From contig JACPUC010000018.1 of NCBI GenBank assembly GCA_016192455.1, forward strand, positions 1 through 64,000: a DNA stretch of 64,000 bases, in the 5' to 3' direction. The notes beneath the pieces are model-generated. The model saw only the letters and a list, made by a program, of their open reading frames with translations. It had not been told where the DNA came from and made no database searches. A program made the position numbers and the translations under genes. Below are positions 52,136-61,612 of the stretch, piece by piece. This DNA is from Candidatus Tectimicrobiota bacterium (GTDB taxonomy: Bacteria; JACPUC01). Numbering within the stretch: position 1 is the stretch's first letter; the number at the start of each line of letters is the position of its first letter.

Positions 52136-52165
52136 TTGACACGTCACAGGGCTCTGTTCTAAGGT
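52136..52165 (+). promoter_or_regulatory. sigma70-type promoter for the small ORF and PaaK-like ligase
   Basis: TTGACA-N18-TAAGGT. Confidence 0.65.
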
Positions 52166-52272
52166 AACGGCGAATGCGGCGCGAGGCCCGGCGCTCCGTC
52201 CCCTCTGCGGCAGCGGAGGCTGACCGGGCAGGCCGGGGCGGTGATCCTGGTGTCGCTCTCGGAGGTGCAAGG

Positions 52273-52458
52273 GTGACGCGCGAAGCTCTCCTCGCACGAT
52301 TGCGGCGGATTCGCGATGAGATTGAGGCCGTGCGCCGCGAGACGGACAGCCCGGCCATCGACAGCGCCATGCGCAGCATGAGCATGTACTGCCACTTGGC
52401 GCGCTCGTACCTAGGGGATATTGACGCTATCTGCCCGGAGGTGGAGCAGGTTGACTGA
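52273..52458 (+). CDS. Small helical hypothetical protein (61 aa)
   Basis: GGAGGTG RBS at 52261 and GTG start; MTREALLARLRRIRDEIEAVRRETDSPAIDSAMRSMSMYCHLARSYLGD... Confidence 0.75.
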   Translation: MTREALLARLRRIRDEIEAVRRETDSPAIDSAMRSMSMYCHLARSYLGDIDAICPEVEQVD

Positions 52459-52557
52459 GAGCCCGGAGGGCGAGGGCGTGGCCCTGTCGTCGCAGTCCGC
52501 GGCAGGAGTTCCCGCCGCCTCTCCGGCGCCCTGCCGCTCGAACTTGGAGAGCCCACG

Positions 52558-53952
52558 ATGGTTCGACCCTTCCACAACGACCACGCAAACGCTTCCCCCT
52601 ACTGGAACCCCGGGATGGAGACGATGCCGCGGGCGCAGCTCGATGCCCTGCATCTGCGGCGCATCCAGCTCATGATCCGCTTTGCGTACGAGAATTCGCC
52701 GTTCTACCGCAAGCTTTACCGCGAAGCCGGCTTCACCCCGGATGACATCCGCAGCCTCGACGATTTCATCCGCCTCGTGCCGGTCATCGACAAGAAGGAC
52801 CTCGTGCAAGCGCAGGGTGCCGGCGCGCCCCCCTACGGCGACGCCCGGGCCCTGCCGGAGGAGTACAACCTCTACCGCTTCCAGACCTCCGGCTCCACCG
52901 GCACCCCCTTGCAGATTCCGTTCGGCTACTACAGCAGCGCGCAGTACGGCGAGCAGTGGGTCTACGGCTTCTGGGCCGTGGGCCTGCGCGCCTACCACAC
53001 ATTCTACTTCGCCTTCAACTGGGGCACCTTCGCGGGTTTCTGGAGCGCCTACTGGGGGGTGCGCCGCCTGGGCGCCACGGTGATCTCCGGCGGCGGCCTC
53101 GACACGAAGGGGCGCATCAACCACATCCTCCAGTCCAAGCCCGACGTCCTCGTCGCCACGCCCACCTACGCCTTGTACATGGCGGAAGTGGCGAAAGGGA
53201 TGGGAGTTGACCTGCGGGAGACGACGATCAAATACTTCTACAGCGCCGGGGAACCCGGACCCAGCATCCCCACAACGCGACGGGCGATCGAGGAGGCGTG
53301 GGGGGCCAAGGCGTTTGAGCTGTACGGCATTGCGGAGGTCGGCGCCATTGCGCCGGGTTGCCCCCTCCAGGGGGGCGTGCACCTGGCCGAGGATTGGGCG
53401 CACTCGCTGGTCCTTGGCGAGGACGGCAAGCCCGTGGCTGCGGGTGAGGTGGGCGAGAACGTCGTGACGAGCTACGTGCAACACGTGCAGCCGATCATCA
53501 AGTACCGCTCACATGACTTGGTGCGCCCGCGCTACGGCATCTGTGACTGCGGCCGCACCTGGACCTACTACGATGGCGGTGTGCTGGGCCGCACCGACCA
53601 CATGATCATTATCAAGGGCACGAACGTCTACCCGACGGCCGTGGAAGCCCTCCTCGGCGACGTGGCCGGGCTCTCCGAGCATTACGAGATTCACGTCGAC
53701 ACCGAGGATAAGAGCGATAGCATCACCGTGAAGGTCGAGGCGGCGCGGGGTCTGCCGAGCGAGCAGTACGAGAAGGCGGCTCAGGAGGCAGCGCGGCTGC
53801 TCTACAAGTCCATCATGGTGCGGATCGGGATCAAGGTGCTGCCGCCCGAGTCCCTGCCGCGCTACGAGTTGAAGGCCAAACGCTTCTTTGATCATCGACC
53901 GGCGGGGAAGGGGTGGGTGATGCGCGAGGGGACCGCCTCGGCGCCGCGCTAG
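52558..53952 (+). CDS. Phenylacetate-CoA ligase (PaaK)-family adenylate-forming enzyme
   Basis: QTSGSTGTP, ELYGIAE, YRSHD, GRTDHMIIIKGTNVYP and LPRYELKAKR motifs. Confidence 0.93.
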   Translation: MVRPFHNDHANASPYWNPGMETMPRAQLDALHLRRIQLMIRFAYENSPFYRKLYREAGFTPDDIRSLDDFIRLVPVIDKKDLVQAQGAGAPPYGDARALPEEYNLYRFQTSGSTGTPLQIPFGYYSSAQYGEQWVYGFWAVGLRAYHTFYFAFNWGTFAGFWSAYWGVRRLGATVISGGGLDTKGRINHILQSKPDVLVATPTYALYMAEVAKGMGVDLRETTIKYFYSAGEPGPSIPTTRRAIEEAWGAKAFELYGIAEVGAIAPGCPLQGGVHLAEDWAHSLVLGEDGKPVAAGEVGENVVTSYVQHVQPIIKYRSHDLVRPRYGICDCGRTWTYYDGGVLGRTDHMIIIKGTNVYPTAVEALLGDVAGLSEHYEIHVDTEDKSDSITVKVEAARGLPSEQYEKAAQEAARLLYKSIMVRIGIKVLPPESLPRYELKAKRFFDHRPAGKGWVMREGTASAPR

Positions 53953-53989
53953 CGCCCCTCTCGTCGCGCCCGCCCGCAAGGTTCGAAAA

Positions 53990-54475
53990 GGCTCTGGAGT
54001 CAGGGAGGCTGACTCTGTGTAAGCCACGCTGTCACTCCTTACTTTCTCTCCTTAATGTCCTGACCCTCCGCTTCCGGCAGGAGCCGCCGCGGGGGTATCT
54101 CACCTTCCGTTCTCGTTTCGCTCGTTGACGAGGAGCTTGTCGAACCTCCAGTCTGAGACCCGGTCCCGGAAGGGTTGCCGTCTGTCTGGGAGCCCGACTG
54201 GGACGTGGTCCCGTCCTGAGAGGTGGCGCCGCTGCCGGAGGCGCTCCCGCGTTCGGGTCGCTGCTTCCGCTGGCGTTCGCATCCGTGCTCTGCCCGCTGT
54301 CGTTCGCGCTCGTCTCCCCGGAGCTGGTGCTGCTGCCATCGGTCGCCGGGGCGCCGCTCTCGGCGCTGCCGGAGTTGGCGGCCGCATCGTTGGGCGTGTC
54401 GCTCTTTCCCCTTCCCTGGCGAACCGAAAAAGTGCCCATCCAAGTCCTTGACGACCCCGCTCCGGAAATCTTGCG
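53990..54475 (-). pseudogene. Frameshifted remnant of a Ser/Gly/Thr-rich protein gene and a following gene start
   Basis: Low-complexity coding signal continues across a frame switch near 54247; AAGGAG plus GTG at 54027 leads into no recognisable ORF. Confidence 0.45.
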
Positions 54476-54625
54476 AGGTGGCGGGAGGATGCGGACGGCT
54501 GCGTCGTGGGTGCCCCACGCGTGCAACGTCGGCGTCCCTCGGTTCGGCGAGAGGAGGCGGCATGTCCGGGGCGAAGCCTCGACGGTGCGGGGCGGGCTGT
54601 GGCGCGGTGGTCTTGACGAGGATCG

Positions 54626-55744
54626 TCAGGCGAAGAGCAGGGCGCGGGCGATGATGAGGCGCTGGATCTCCGATGAGCCGTCGTAGATGCGCATGATGCG
54701 CACGTCGCGGTAGTAGCGCTCGACGATGTTCTCGTGCAGGCAGGCGCCGCGTTCGAAGAGCTGAATGGCACGGTCGGCGGCGCGCCAGGCGGTCTCGGTG
54801 GCGAGGAGCTTGGCCATCGAGGCCTCGGTGGAGCAGCGCTCGCCGCGATCCATGCGGGCCGCGGTGGTATAGAGGAGGAGCCGCGCCGCCTCGCACTCGA
54901 TGGCGCAATCCGCCAGGAGATGCTGACCGTCGCCGCGGCGTGCGCGGGCCTCCGCCGCCATGCGCTCGAGGAGGCGCTGCGCCGCGCCCAGGCCGCCGGC
55001 GGCCATGCCGATCCGCCCCTTGTCGAGCGTGCGCATCGCCAACCTGAATCCCTGACCGAGCTCGCCGAGGAGGTTCGCGGCCGGGACCGTGCAGTCCGCA
55101 AGCACGAGCTCGCACGCAGCCGAGCCGCGCAACCCCATGAGCTCGTGTCGCTTGCCGATGGTGAAGCCGGGCGTGCCGCGCTCCACGAGGAAGGCGCTGA
55201 TGCCGCCGTGGGCGCCTTTGGCGGGGTCGGTGACCGCGAAGACGGTGAAGTAGTCGGCGTGCGGCCCGTTCGTGACGAAAATCTTCCTGCCGTTGAGGAC
55301 AAACGCCTCGCCGCGGCGGACGGCGCGCGTCTCGATGCGCGCGGCGTCGGAGCCGGCATTCGGCTCGGTGAGCGCAAAGGCGCTGAGGCGTTCGCCGCGG
55401 GCCAGCGGCGGCAGGTAGCAACGGCGCTGTTCTTCGCTGCCGCCATAGAGGATGCCCATGGCGCCGATGCCGATGTTTGTCGTAATGCGGGAGCGCACGC
55501 AGAGATTGGTGCGGGAGAGCTCCTCGATCGCCACCGCCTCATGGAGCAGCGGCAGCCCCAGCCCGCCGTAGTCCTTCGGGATGGCCATGCCGTAGAGCCC
55601 CAGCTCGGCGAGCCGCGCGTGAAGGCTGGCCGGGAACTCATCGTCACGGTCGAGGGTCGTCGCCAGGGGCTCGACTTCGGTGCGCACGAAGTGGCGTACA
55701 TGGTCGCGCCACCGCAGCAGATCGTCAGAGAACGAGAAGTCCAT
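54626..55744 (-). CDS. Acyl-CoA dehydrogenase family protein (atypical)
   Basis: FALTEPNAGSD, NGRKIFVTNG, GISAFLVE, TLDKGRIG and ERYYRD..IYDGSSEIQR motifs. Confidence 0.92.
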   Translation of the reverse strand: MDFSFSDDLLRWRDHVRHFVRTEVEPLATTLDRDDEFPASLHARLAELGLYGMAIPKDYGGLGLPLLHEAVAIEELSRTNLCVRSRITTNIGIGAMGILYGGSEEQRRCYLPPLARGERLSAFALTEPNAGSDAARIETRAVRRGEAFVLNGRKIFVTNGPHADYFTVFAVTDPAKGAHGGISAFLVERGTPGFTIGKRHELMGLRGSAACELVLADCTVPAANLLGELGQGFRLAMRTLDKGRIGMAAGGLGAAQRLLERMAAEARARRGDGQHLLADCAIECEAARLLLYTTAARMDRGERCSTEASMAKLLATETAWRAADRAIQLFERGACLHENIVERYYRDVRIMRIYDGSSEIQRLIIARALLFA

Positions 55745-55889
55745 CGCAGGTCGTCACCAGGGGCGAAGAGAGAGGAGGGGCGCAGCCGCCCTGCCTGCCG
55801 CCGCCGCTCCGGCCATGCTCGTCGTTCGGCTCAGGCTTGCCGCGGGGCAGCCATGACGCGGCGCGGCCGGAATCCGGCCCGAGCCGCGG

Positions 55890-56897
55890 CTAGCGCGTCC
55901 GCAGGTAGGTGAGATGCTCCTCTGCCTGGCGGCGCCATTTCGATTGCGCGGGGTTGTTCTCGCTGACGGAGAGGAACTTCTGCCATTGCTCGATCGCTTT
56001 GCCGGGATCGAGCCGCTCGTAGGCGATGGCCAGGTTGTAGTGCGCGGAGGCGTGCAGGGGGTTGATCTGCAACGCCCGCTTCCACTGCGCCGCAGCCGCC
56101 TCCAGGCGCTCACCGCGGAAGTAGAGGCGACCGAGGTTGACCAGGGCGGGCACGTACGTCGGTTCCAGGTTGAGAACCCTGTTGTACGTGGTGAGAGCAT
56201 CGTCGAGCCGGCCAGCATCTTCGTAGGCGAGAGCGAGGTTGTAGAGAACGTCGGGGTTCTGCGGCGTCTCCTTCAGGGCCTCCTCGAACTGGACGATGGC
56301 GGCCTCGAACTTTCCTTCCAGGTAGAGCTGGTTGCCGCGCGCGAAGGAATCCTCCTGCGGTGACTTCCGGGGGGGCATCAGGGGAGCGCCTGGCGTGGCG
56401 GCCGCCGAGGAGGATGCCGCAGCCCTCGGCTCCTGCGCCGGCCTGGTGAGATCGCCGTAGATCCAGCCGCCGCGCCCTCCCGAGAGCGTGATCCGATACC
56501 ACCCAGACTTCTCTTCACGGGGGGTGAACCGCTCTCCCTCTGTGACGCGCGCCACGACGGGATGACTCGTGCTCGGCCCCTCCCGCACATTGGCGAGGTT
56601 GACGCTGACCTCAATCTGGCGACCGGCCGTGGCAGGCAGGTTCATTCCCGGCGGCGACACGGCCTGCGGCGGCTTGGGGGTCTCCATCTTGCTGGCGGCG
56701 GCTTCGCCGGCGCCGCTTCCGGTCTCTGGCGACGCCTTCTCGACGGCAGGGGTTGGGCGCGGAGGTGCAACCGAGCCGGCGGGCGGCGAGGCGGGCGCTT
56801 GGGGCTGACTCTGGGGGTACCCGTTGCCTGCTCTCCCCAGCGACAGAACCGCCACCGCCAGGCCCAAGCAGAGAAGCGACCAGGTCCACTTCATCAC
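55890..56897 (-). CDS. Secreted SH3 + TPR protein
   Basis: Signal peptide, Pro/Ala linker, ANVREGPST...GWYRI...GWI SH3b domain, several YNLA/NLG TPR repeats. Confidence 0.9.
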   Translation of the reverse strand: MMKWTWSLLCLGLAVAVLSLGRAGNGYPQSQPQAPASPPAGSVAPPRPTPAVEKASPETGSGAGEAAASKMETPKPPQAVSPPGMNLPATAGRQIEVSVNLANVREGPSTSHPVVARVTEGERFTPREEKSGWYRITLSGGRGGWIYGDLTRPAQEPRAAASSSAAATPGAPLMPPRKSPQEDSFARGNQLYLEGKFEAAIVQFEEALKETPQNPDVLYNLALAYEDAGRLDDALTTYNRVLNLEPTYVPALVNLGRLYFRGERLEAAAAQWKRALQINPLHASAHYNLAIAYERLDPGKAIEQWQKFLSVSENNPAQSKWRRQAEEHLTYLRTR

Positions 56898-57573
56898 GCA
56901 CTACTCCATGCGCGGGGTGCGGAGCCTGGGGGGCCCAGGCCCTTGCGCCGCGATGCGCGCTCTCCATACGTCTAGACAGGCTGCTTCACCACGCCGAGGT
57001 AAACCGAGGAGATCCCAGCGGCGGCATTCTACCACGAATGGGATTGAATCACCGCCCAAAGATGGTTCCGGCGGCAATGATCAACCGAGGAGGGAAGCCG
57101 CTGATCCGCGCCGGCCCTGCATCGCGGTGTGGTGGTCAAGGGAGCAGCCGATGGGACGTCACCGCGTCAGTTCGCGGCCTGGCGCTGCACGTCCAGCAGC
57201 GCCGGAACGACGCCGGGCGACCTCGGGAGAGGCGCTTGGCGGAGAGAGCCGCATTCCACGATCTTCTCGACCTCTTCCACTGCGGCCAGCGCAGCCGAGG
57301 GGGGCGGCAGTCCCGCCCGGCTGGGAAACCACGGAGACCTCCGCGCCCCGCGCAGGCGCCGCCGGCGCGACCGCCCGCAGGGCCGGCTATGCCTTCAGCC
57401 AAAGGAAGAGCGTCAGAATTCCAGCATGGGCCGTGGGGCGGCTTGACGTAACTGTGGCTGCGGGCGTGTGATCTTTCCGTTTCTCATCTCCTCCTGGGTC
57501 CCGCCATCAACTCCGCATCTTGATTCAAGGACCTGGAATCGAGAGGGGGGAATTCTCGCCACGGGAGGAAGCG

Positions 57574-57589
57574 AGGCCCATATCTTGCT
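57574..57589 (+). promoter_or_regulatory. Possible sigma54 promoter for the HDOD/GGDEF operon
   Basis: AGGCCC-ATATC-TTGCT with GG-N10-GC spacing. Confidence 0.45.
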
Positions 57590-57884
57590 AGCAAACGAAG
57601 GTAGGAGCTGGGCTGCAGGATGAACCATGGGCGGACGTTGAGCTGGACGCGTCCCCCCGCCGCGTCGAGCCTGCCGGCTCCTCGTCCTTTGCCGGAACGA
57701 GGAGGCGATCTTTCCAGGCGGCGCTCGATGATCGTCTGCCGCGCCAGGAGTTTCTCCTCATCGCCCTTAGCGCAGGGGCTGCGTTGGGGAGGAGACGGGA
57801 GCTTTTCCTGCTTCCCCTCCCAGGCAGCGTTGCCGATCCCCTGCTCGAGGCCCCGTGCGCAGTAAGGAAGGGGAGCGCCAAGGC

Positions 57885-58187
57885 ATGCGTCGGATCGCCA
57901 TAACCCAGGCCGAGGTTAACCTCGTGCTCGCCAAGGCCGCCGAAGATGAAACAGGCCGCGTGCTCTGCGCCGAAGGCACCGTTCTCTCCGCCAACCTCAT
58001 CCGGCTCCTCACCAACCGGGGCGTGGTGACGCTCTACGTCGAGGGAGAGGATGAGCAGGCCAAGTCGCCCGAGCAACTGCTGCGGGAGTTGGATGAGCGC
58101 TTCTCCCTAGTGGAGACCGACCCGCTCATGGAGCAGGTGAAGGCGCTCTTCCGGCGGCGTATTGTCGAAGGCACGTTAACGCACTGA
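57885..58187 (+). CDS. Small conserved hypothetical protein preceding HDOD
   Basis: LVLAKAAEDETGRVLCAEGTVLS..LI..L...GV..LYVEG resembles HD-GYP N-terminal modules; GGGGAG RBS. Confidence 0.8.
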   Translation: MRRIAITQAEVNLVLAKAAEDETGRVLCAEGTVLSANLIRLLTNRGVVTLYVEGEDEQAKSPEQLLRELDERFSLVETDPLMEQVKALFRRRIVEGTLTH

Positions 58188-58353
58188 GGGGATTGCCTGG
58201 AGCCTGGAGGCACGGGCGGGGGGTAGCCTCCCCGTTAGGCGGCGGAGGCGGAGACAGGCGCAAGCCGGCGCGGCTTCGAGCGTTCGAGCCTTGCAGCCTT
58301 CCTGGACATAGATGGCGCAGTGCAGAAGAGCGTGCGCCCAAAGGGATTGGGAG

Positions 58354-59193
58354 ATGATCTCAGCGAGCGAGTTGCAGCGGAAGATCGAAGCCATCAAGAA
58401 CATCCCGACGGTGCCGGGGATCGTGCAGAAGATCGCCGAGATGGTCGAAAGCCCCAGCATGTCGGCGGCTGACGTGGGCAAGGTCATCGCGCAGGATCAG
58501 GTTCTCGCGGCGAAAGTGCTGCGCCTCATCAACTCCTCGTTCTATGGGTTCCCCGGCCGCATCTCCTCCCTGTCGCACGGCGTCGTGCTGCTGGGCTTCA
58601 ACGTGATCAAGGGGCTGGTCCTGAGTGCGTCGGTCTTCGACATGCTCTCCGACGAGATGGCCGGCCTCTGGGAGCACTCGGTCGGCGCCTCCGCCGTGGC
58701 CGGGGTGATCGCACGCCACCGTGGCTATGCCGAGCCCGAGGAGGTTGCCACCGCCGGCCTCCTGCATGATATCGGCAAGGTCATCCTGGCGATCGAGCTT
58801 CCCGAGGTGATGCAGCAGCTCGATGCGATCGTCGCGGCGAAGCGCGTCCCCCGCCTTCTCGCCGAGACCGAGGTGCTCGGCATCACCCACTGCCATGTGG
58901 CCCATTGGCTCTGCGCCAAGTGGAACCTGCCGGCGGCTCTGCGCGAGCCGCTCGTTTTCCACCACGCGCCGCAGCAGGCCAAGTTTGCCCCTGAGCAGAC
59001 GGCGATGGTGCACCTGGCCAACATCCTCGTCCGGGCCCGTGGCTATGGTCACGGCGGCGACCCCTTCGTCCCGAAAATCAACGACCAAGCCTGGCAGCTC
59101 CTTGGCCTGTCGATGGACGACCTCGACGCGATCGTGGCGCGCCTCGACGTGGAGCTCGAGCGGGTCAACACGCACGATCTCTTCTCGGTGTAG
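58354..59193 (+). CDS. HDOD-domain protein
   Basis: DQVLAAKVLRLINSSFYG, LWEHS, AGLLHDIGK and WNLP...HH motifs. Confidence 0.95.
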   Translation: MISASELQRKIEAIKNIPTVPGIVQKIAEMVESPSMSAADVGKVIAQDQVLAAKVLRLINSSFYGFPGRISSLSHGVVLLGFNVIKGLVLSASVFDMLSDEMAGLWEHSVGASAVAGVIARHRGYAEPEEVATAGLLHDIGKVILAIELPEVMQQLDAIVAAKRVPRLLAETEVLGITHCHVAHWLCAKWNLPAALREPLVFHHAPQQAKFAPEQTAMVHLANILVRARGYGHGGDPFVPKINDQAWQLLGLSMDDLDAIVARLDVELERVNTHDLFSV

Positions 59194-59225
59194 CAGGGAA
59201 GCAGCGTGCTGGAGGGACGCTCGGC

Positions 59226-60200
59226 ATGCTTGAACCGCAGACGAAACGGGTGCTCCTCGTCGACCCGGACAGAGCCCGCGCCCAGCGGCTGGGGGAGACC
59301 CTCAGCGCGGCCGGGTACTACGCCTACGATGTGGAAGATGAGCGCCAGGCGTTGGATCTCATCTACAACGAGCCGCCCGACCTCATCCTTATTGACTACC
59401 AGGTCCCGGAAGAGCATGGCGGCTATCTCTGCCAGTCCCTCAAGACGGACAACGTCTACAGCCACCTCCCCATCATCCTCATCCTTCCCCAGCCTCTCCA
59501 GCCCTGGAACTGGGAGAGCCTGCAGGTGGAGGATTTCCTCGTGCAGCCGTTCAGCGAGGCAGAGCTGTTGCTGCGCACCTCGCTCTGCTTCGCGCGCACC
59601 TCACGCGCCCTCGACGCCAACCCCCTCACGAGGCTGCCGGGCAACCACTCGATCATCCGCGAGATCGAGCGGCGCATCGCCGCCGGGGCGCCGTTTGCCC
59701 TCTGCTACCTCGACCTCGATCACTTCAAGGGGTACAACGACTACTACGGCTTCACACGGGGCGACGAGGTGCTGAGCATGACCGCGCGCCTCATCACCAT
59801 GGTGGTGCGCGGACTGAACTGCCCGGAAGGGTATGCCGGGCACATCGGCGGCGATGACTTCGTCTTCATCGTGCCGGCGGACAGGGCGGATGAAGCCTGC
59901 CAGCAGATCATCAGGAACTTCGACCTCATCGTCGCCAATTTCTACGATGTGAAAGACCGCCTGCGCGGCTACATCGAGGCGGTCGACCGGCAGGGCCAGT
60001 GCGGCCGGGTTCCCCTCCTGACGGTTTCCATTGCCGTGGTAACGAATGAGGGGCAGACCCTGCAGCACTACGGCGAATTCAGCAGCGTCGCCTCGGAGCT
60101 GAAGAAGTACGCCAAGAGCCAACCGGGGAGCGTCTACGTCAAGGATCGCCGGCGCGATGAGCCTGTCGGCGCCGGCCTCGCCAGCCCCGCCGCGCCGTAG
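59226..60200 (+). CDS. Response regulator with GGDEF domain (REC-GGDDF)
   Basis: PDLILID receiver; NPLTRLPGN, DLDHFKGYNDYYG..GD and HIGGDDF. Confidence 0.92.
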   Translation: MLEPQTKRVLLVDPDRARAQRLGETLSAAGYYAYDVEDERQALDLIYNEPPDLILIDYQVPEEHGGYLCQSLKTDNVYSHLPIILILPQPLQPWNWESLQVEDFLVQPFSEAELLLRTSLCFARTSRALDANPLTRLPGNHSIIREIERRIAAGAPFALCYLDLDHFKGYNDYYGFTRGDEVLSMTARLITMVVRGLNCPEGYAGHIGGDDFVFIVPADRADEACQQIIRNFDLIVANFYDVKDRLRGYIEAVDRQGQCGRVPLLTVSIAVVTNEGQTLQHYGEFSSVASELKKYAKSQPGSVYVKDRRRDEPVGAGLASPAAP

Positions 60201-60335
60201 CGGCTACCCGCCCCGCCCGCATACCTTCTTCTGCTTCCCTCCTCCTCGGCGTCGAGATTGAAGCGAGCCGCGCAGCGCGGCACCGCGGGCCGTCCTCGGC
60301 GCATCCCCCGTCCGGCCCCCTCGTACGCCCTGCTG

Positions 60336-61472
60336 TCACCCCCGCCCTAAGATCGCTCGCAGCGCGTGGCTCAAGGCGTAGACGTTGCGGGGATGAGAGT
60401 TGTACCCCATCAGGCCGATGCGCCACACCTTGCCGGCGATGGCGCCGATGCCGCCGCTGATCTCGATGTTGAACTCGTTGAGGAGCCGCTGACGCACCGC
60501 GCGGTCATCCACGCCGGTGGGGATGCGGACGGTGGTCAGCGGTGGCAGGCGCACGTCGGGGCGCGCGAAGGGCGCCAACCCCAGCCCCTCGAGCTGCTCG
60601 ACGAGAAGCGTGGAGTTGCGGGCATGGCGGGCGATGCGCGCCTCGATCCCCTCCTCGTGGAGCAGCCGCAGCGCCTCGCGCAAGGCATAGACCGTGTTGA
60701 TCGGCGCGGTGTGGTGGTAGACGCGCTCCTCCGACCAATAGCGGAACTGCTCCAGCACGTCGAAGTAGAAGCTCGGCACCCGGCTGCGACGCTTGCCGAT
60801 GGCCGCGACGGCGCGCGGGCTGAAGGTCACCGGGGCCAGCCCCGGAGGCGCGCTGAGGCATTTCTGTGAACCGGCATAGGCGGCGTCGATACCCCAGGCA
60901 TCCACGTCCAACAGGCAGCCGCCAAGGGAGACGACGCAGTCCACGATGAAGAGCGCTTCGTGTTCACGGCACATGGCGCCGATCTCGGCGAGCGGGTGGA
61001 GCACCCCGGTGGAGGCTTCAGGGTGCACGATCGCCACCGCCTTGAGGTGGCGCTCCTGGGCAAGCTTCCGGCGCACCGCGGCGGGATCGACGGCGCTGCC
61101 CCACTCCGCCTCGAGGCGCACCAGCTCGCCGCCCAGCCGTTCCACCACCTCGCACATGCGGTTGCCGAAGAAGCCATTGACGCAGACAAGAACGCGGTCG
61201 CCCGGCTCCACGAGGTTCGTGAACACCGCCTCCATGCCGCCCATGCCGGTGACCGGCAGGACGAAGGTGTGACGGTTGCTCGTCTGGAAGGCGTAGCGCA
61301 GGAGCTCCTGCACGTCATCCATGATCTCGAAGTAGAGCGCATCGAGGTGGCCGATGACGGGGCTGGCGAGGGCGCCGGCGACGCGCGGGTGGATGTTGCT
61401 CGGCCCCGGCGTGAGGAGCAGGCGGTCGGGCACCGCCAGCGCGCCGAGGGATCGCGACGGCTCATAGGCCAT
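60336..61472 (-). CDS. Alanine/serine-glyoxylate aminotransferase (class V), downstream copy
   Basis: LLTPGPSN, GSQKCLS (PLP Lys), YHHTAP and WRIGLMG motifs. Confidence 0.93.
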   Translation of the reverse strand: MAYEPSRSLGALAVPDRLLLTPGPSNIHPRVAGALASPVIGHLDALYFEIMDDVQELLRYAFQTSNRHTFVLPVTGMGGMEAVFTNLVEPGDRVLVCVNGFFGNRMCEVVERLGGELVRLEAEWGSAVDPAAVRRKLAQERHLKAVAIVHPEASTGVLHPLAEIGAMCREHEALFIVDCVVSLGGCLLDVDAWGIDAAYAGSQKCLSAPPGLAPVTFSPRAVAAIGKRRSRVPSFYFDVLEQFRYWSEERVYHHTAPINTVYALREALRLLHEEGIEARIARHARNSTLLVEQLEGLGLAPFARPDVRLPPLTTVRIPTGVDDRAVRQRLLNEFNIEISGGIGAIAGKVWRIGLMGYNSHPRNVYALSHALRAILGRG

Positions 61473-61612
61473 GACAGCGCTCCTTCTGGAAGGGAGAGGG
61501 CAGCCTTCACCTCCCGGCGCGGCCGACTGAGGCGCGCCGGTGCGGCGCGGCGGGGCAGGCTCCGCGCTCCAGCGCCTTGCCCGCCGGCACGTGCTCTCGC
61601 CTGTCGGCTCCC

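Noticed and set aside
59700-59870. Hypr-type cGAMP-forming GGDEF
   Set aside because: The guanine-selecting Asp (RGD) is retained rather than replaced by Ser.
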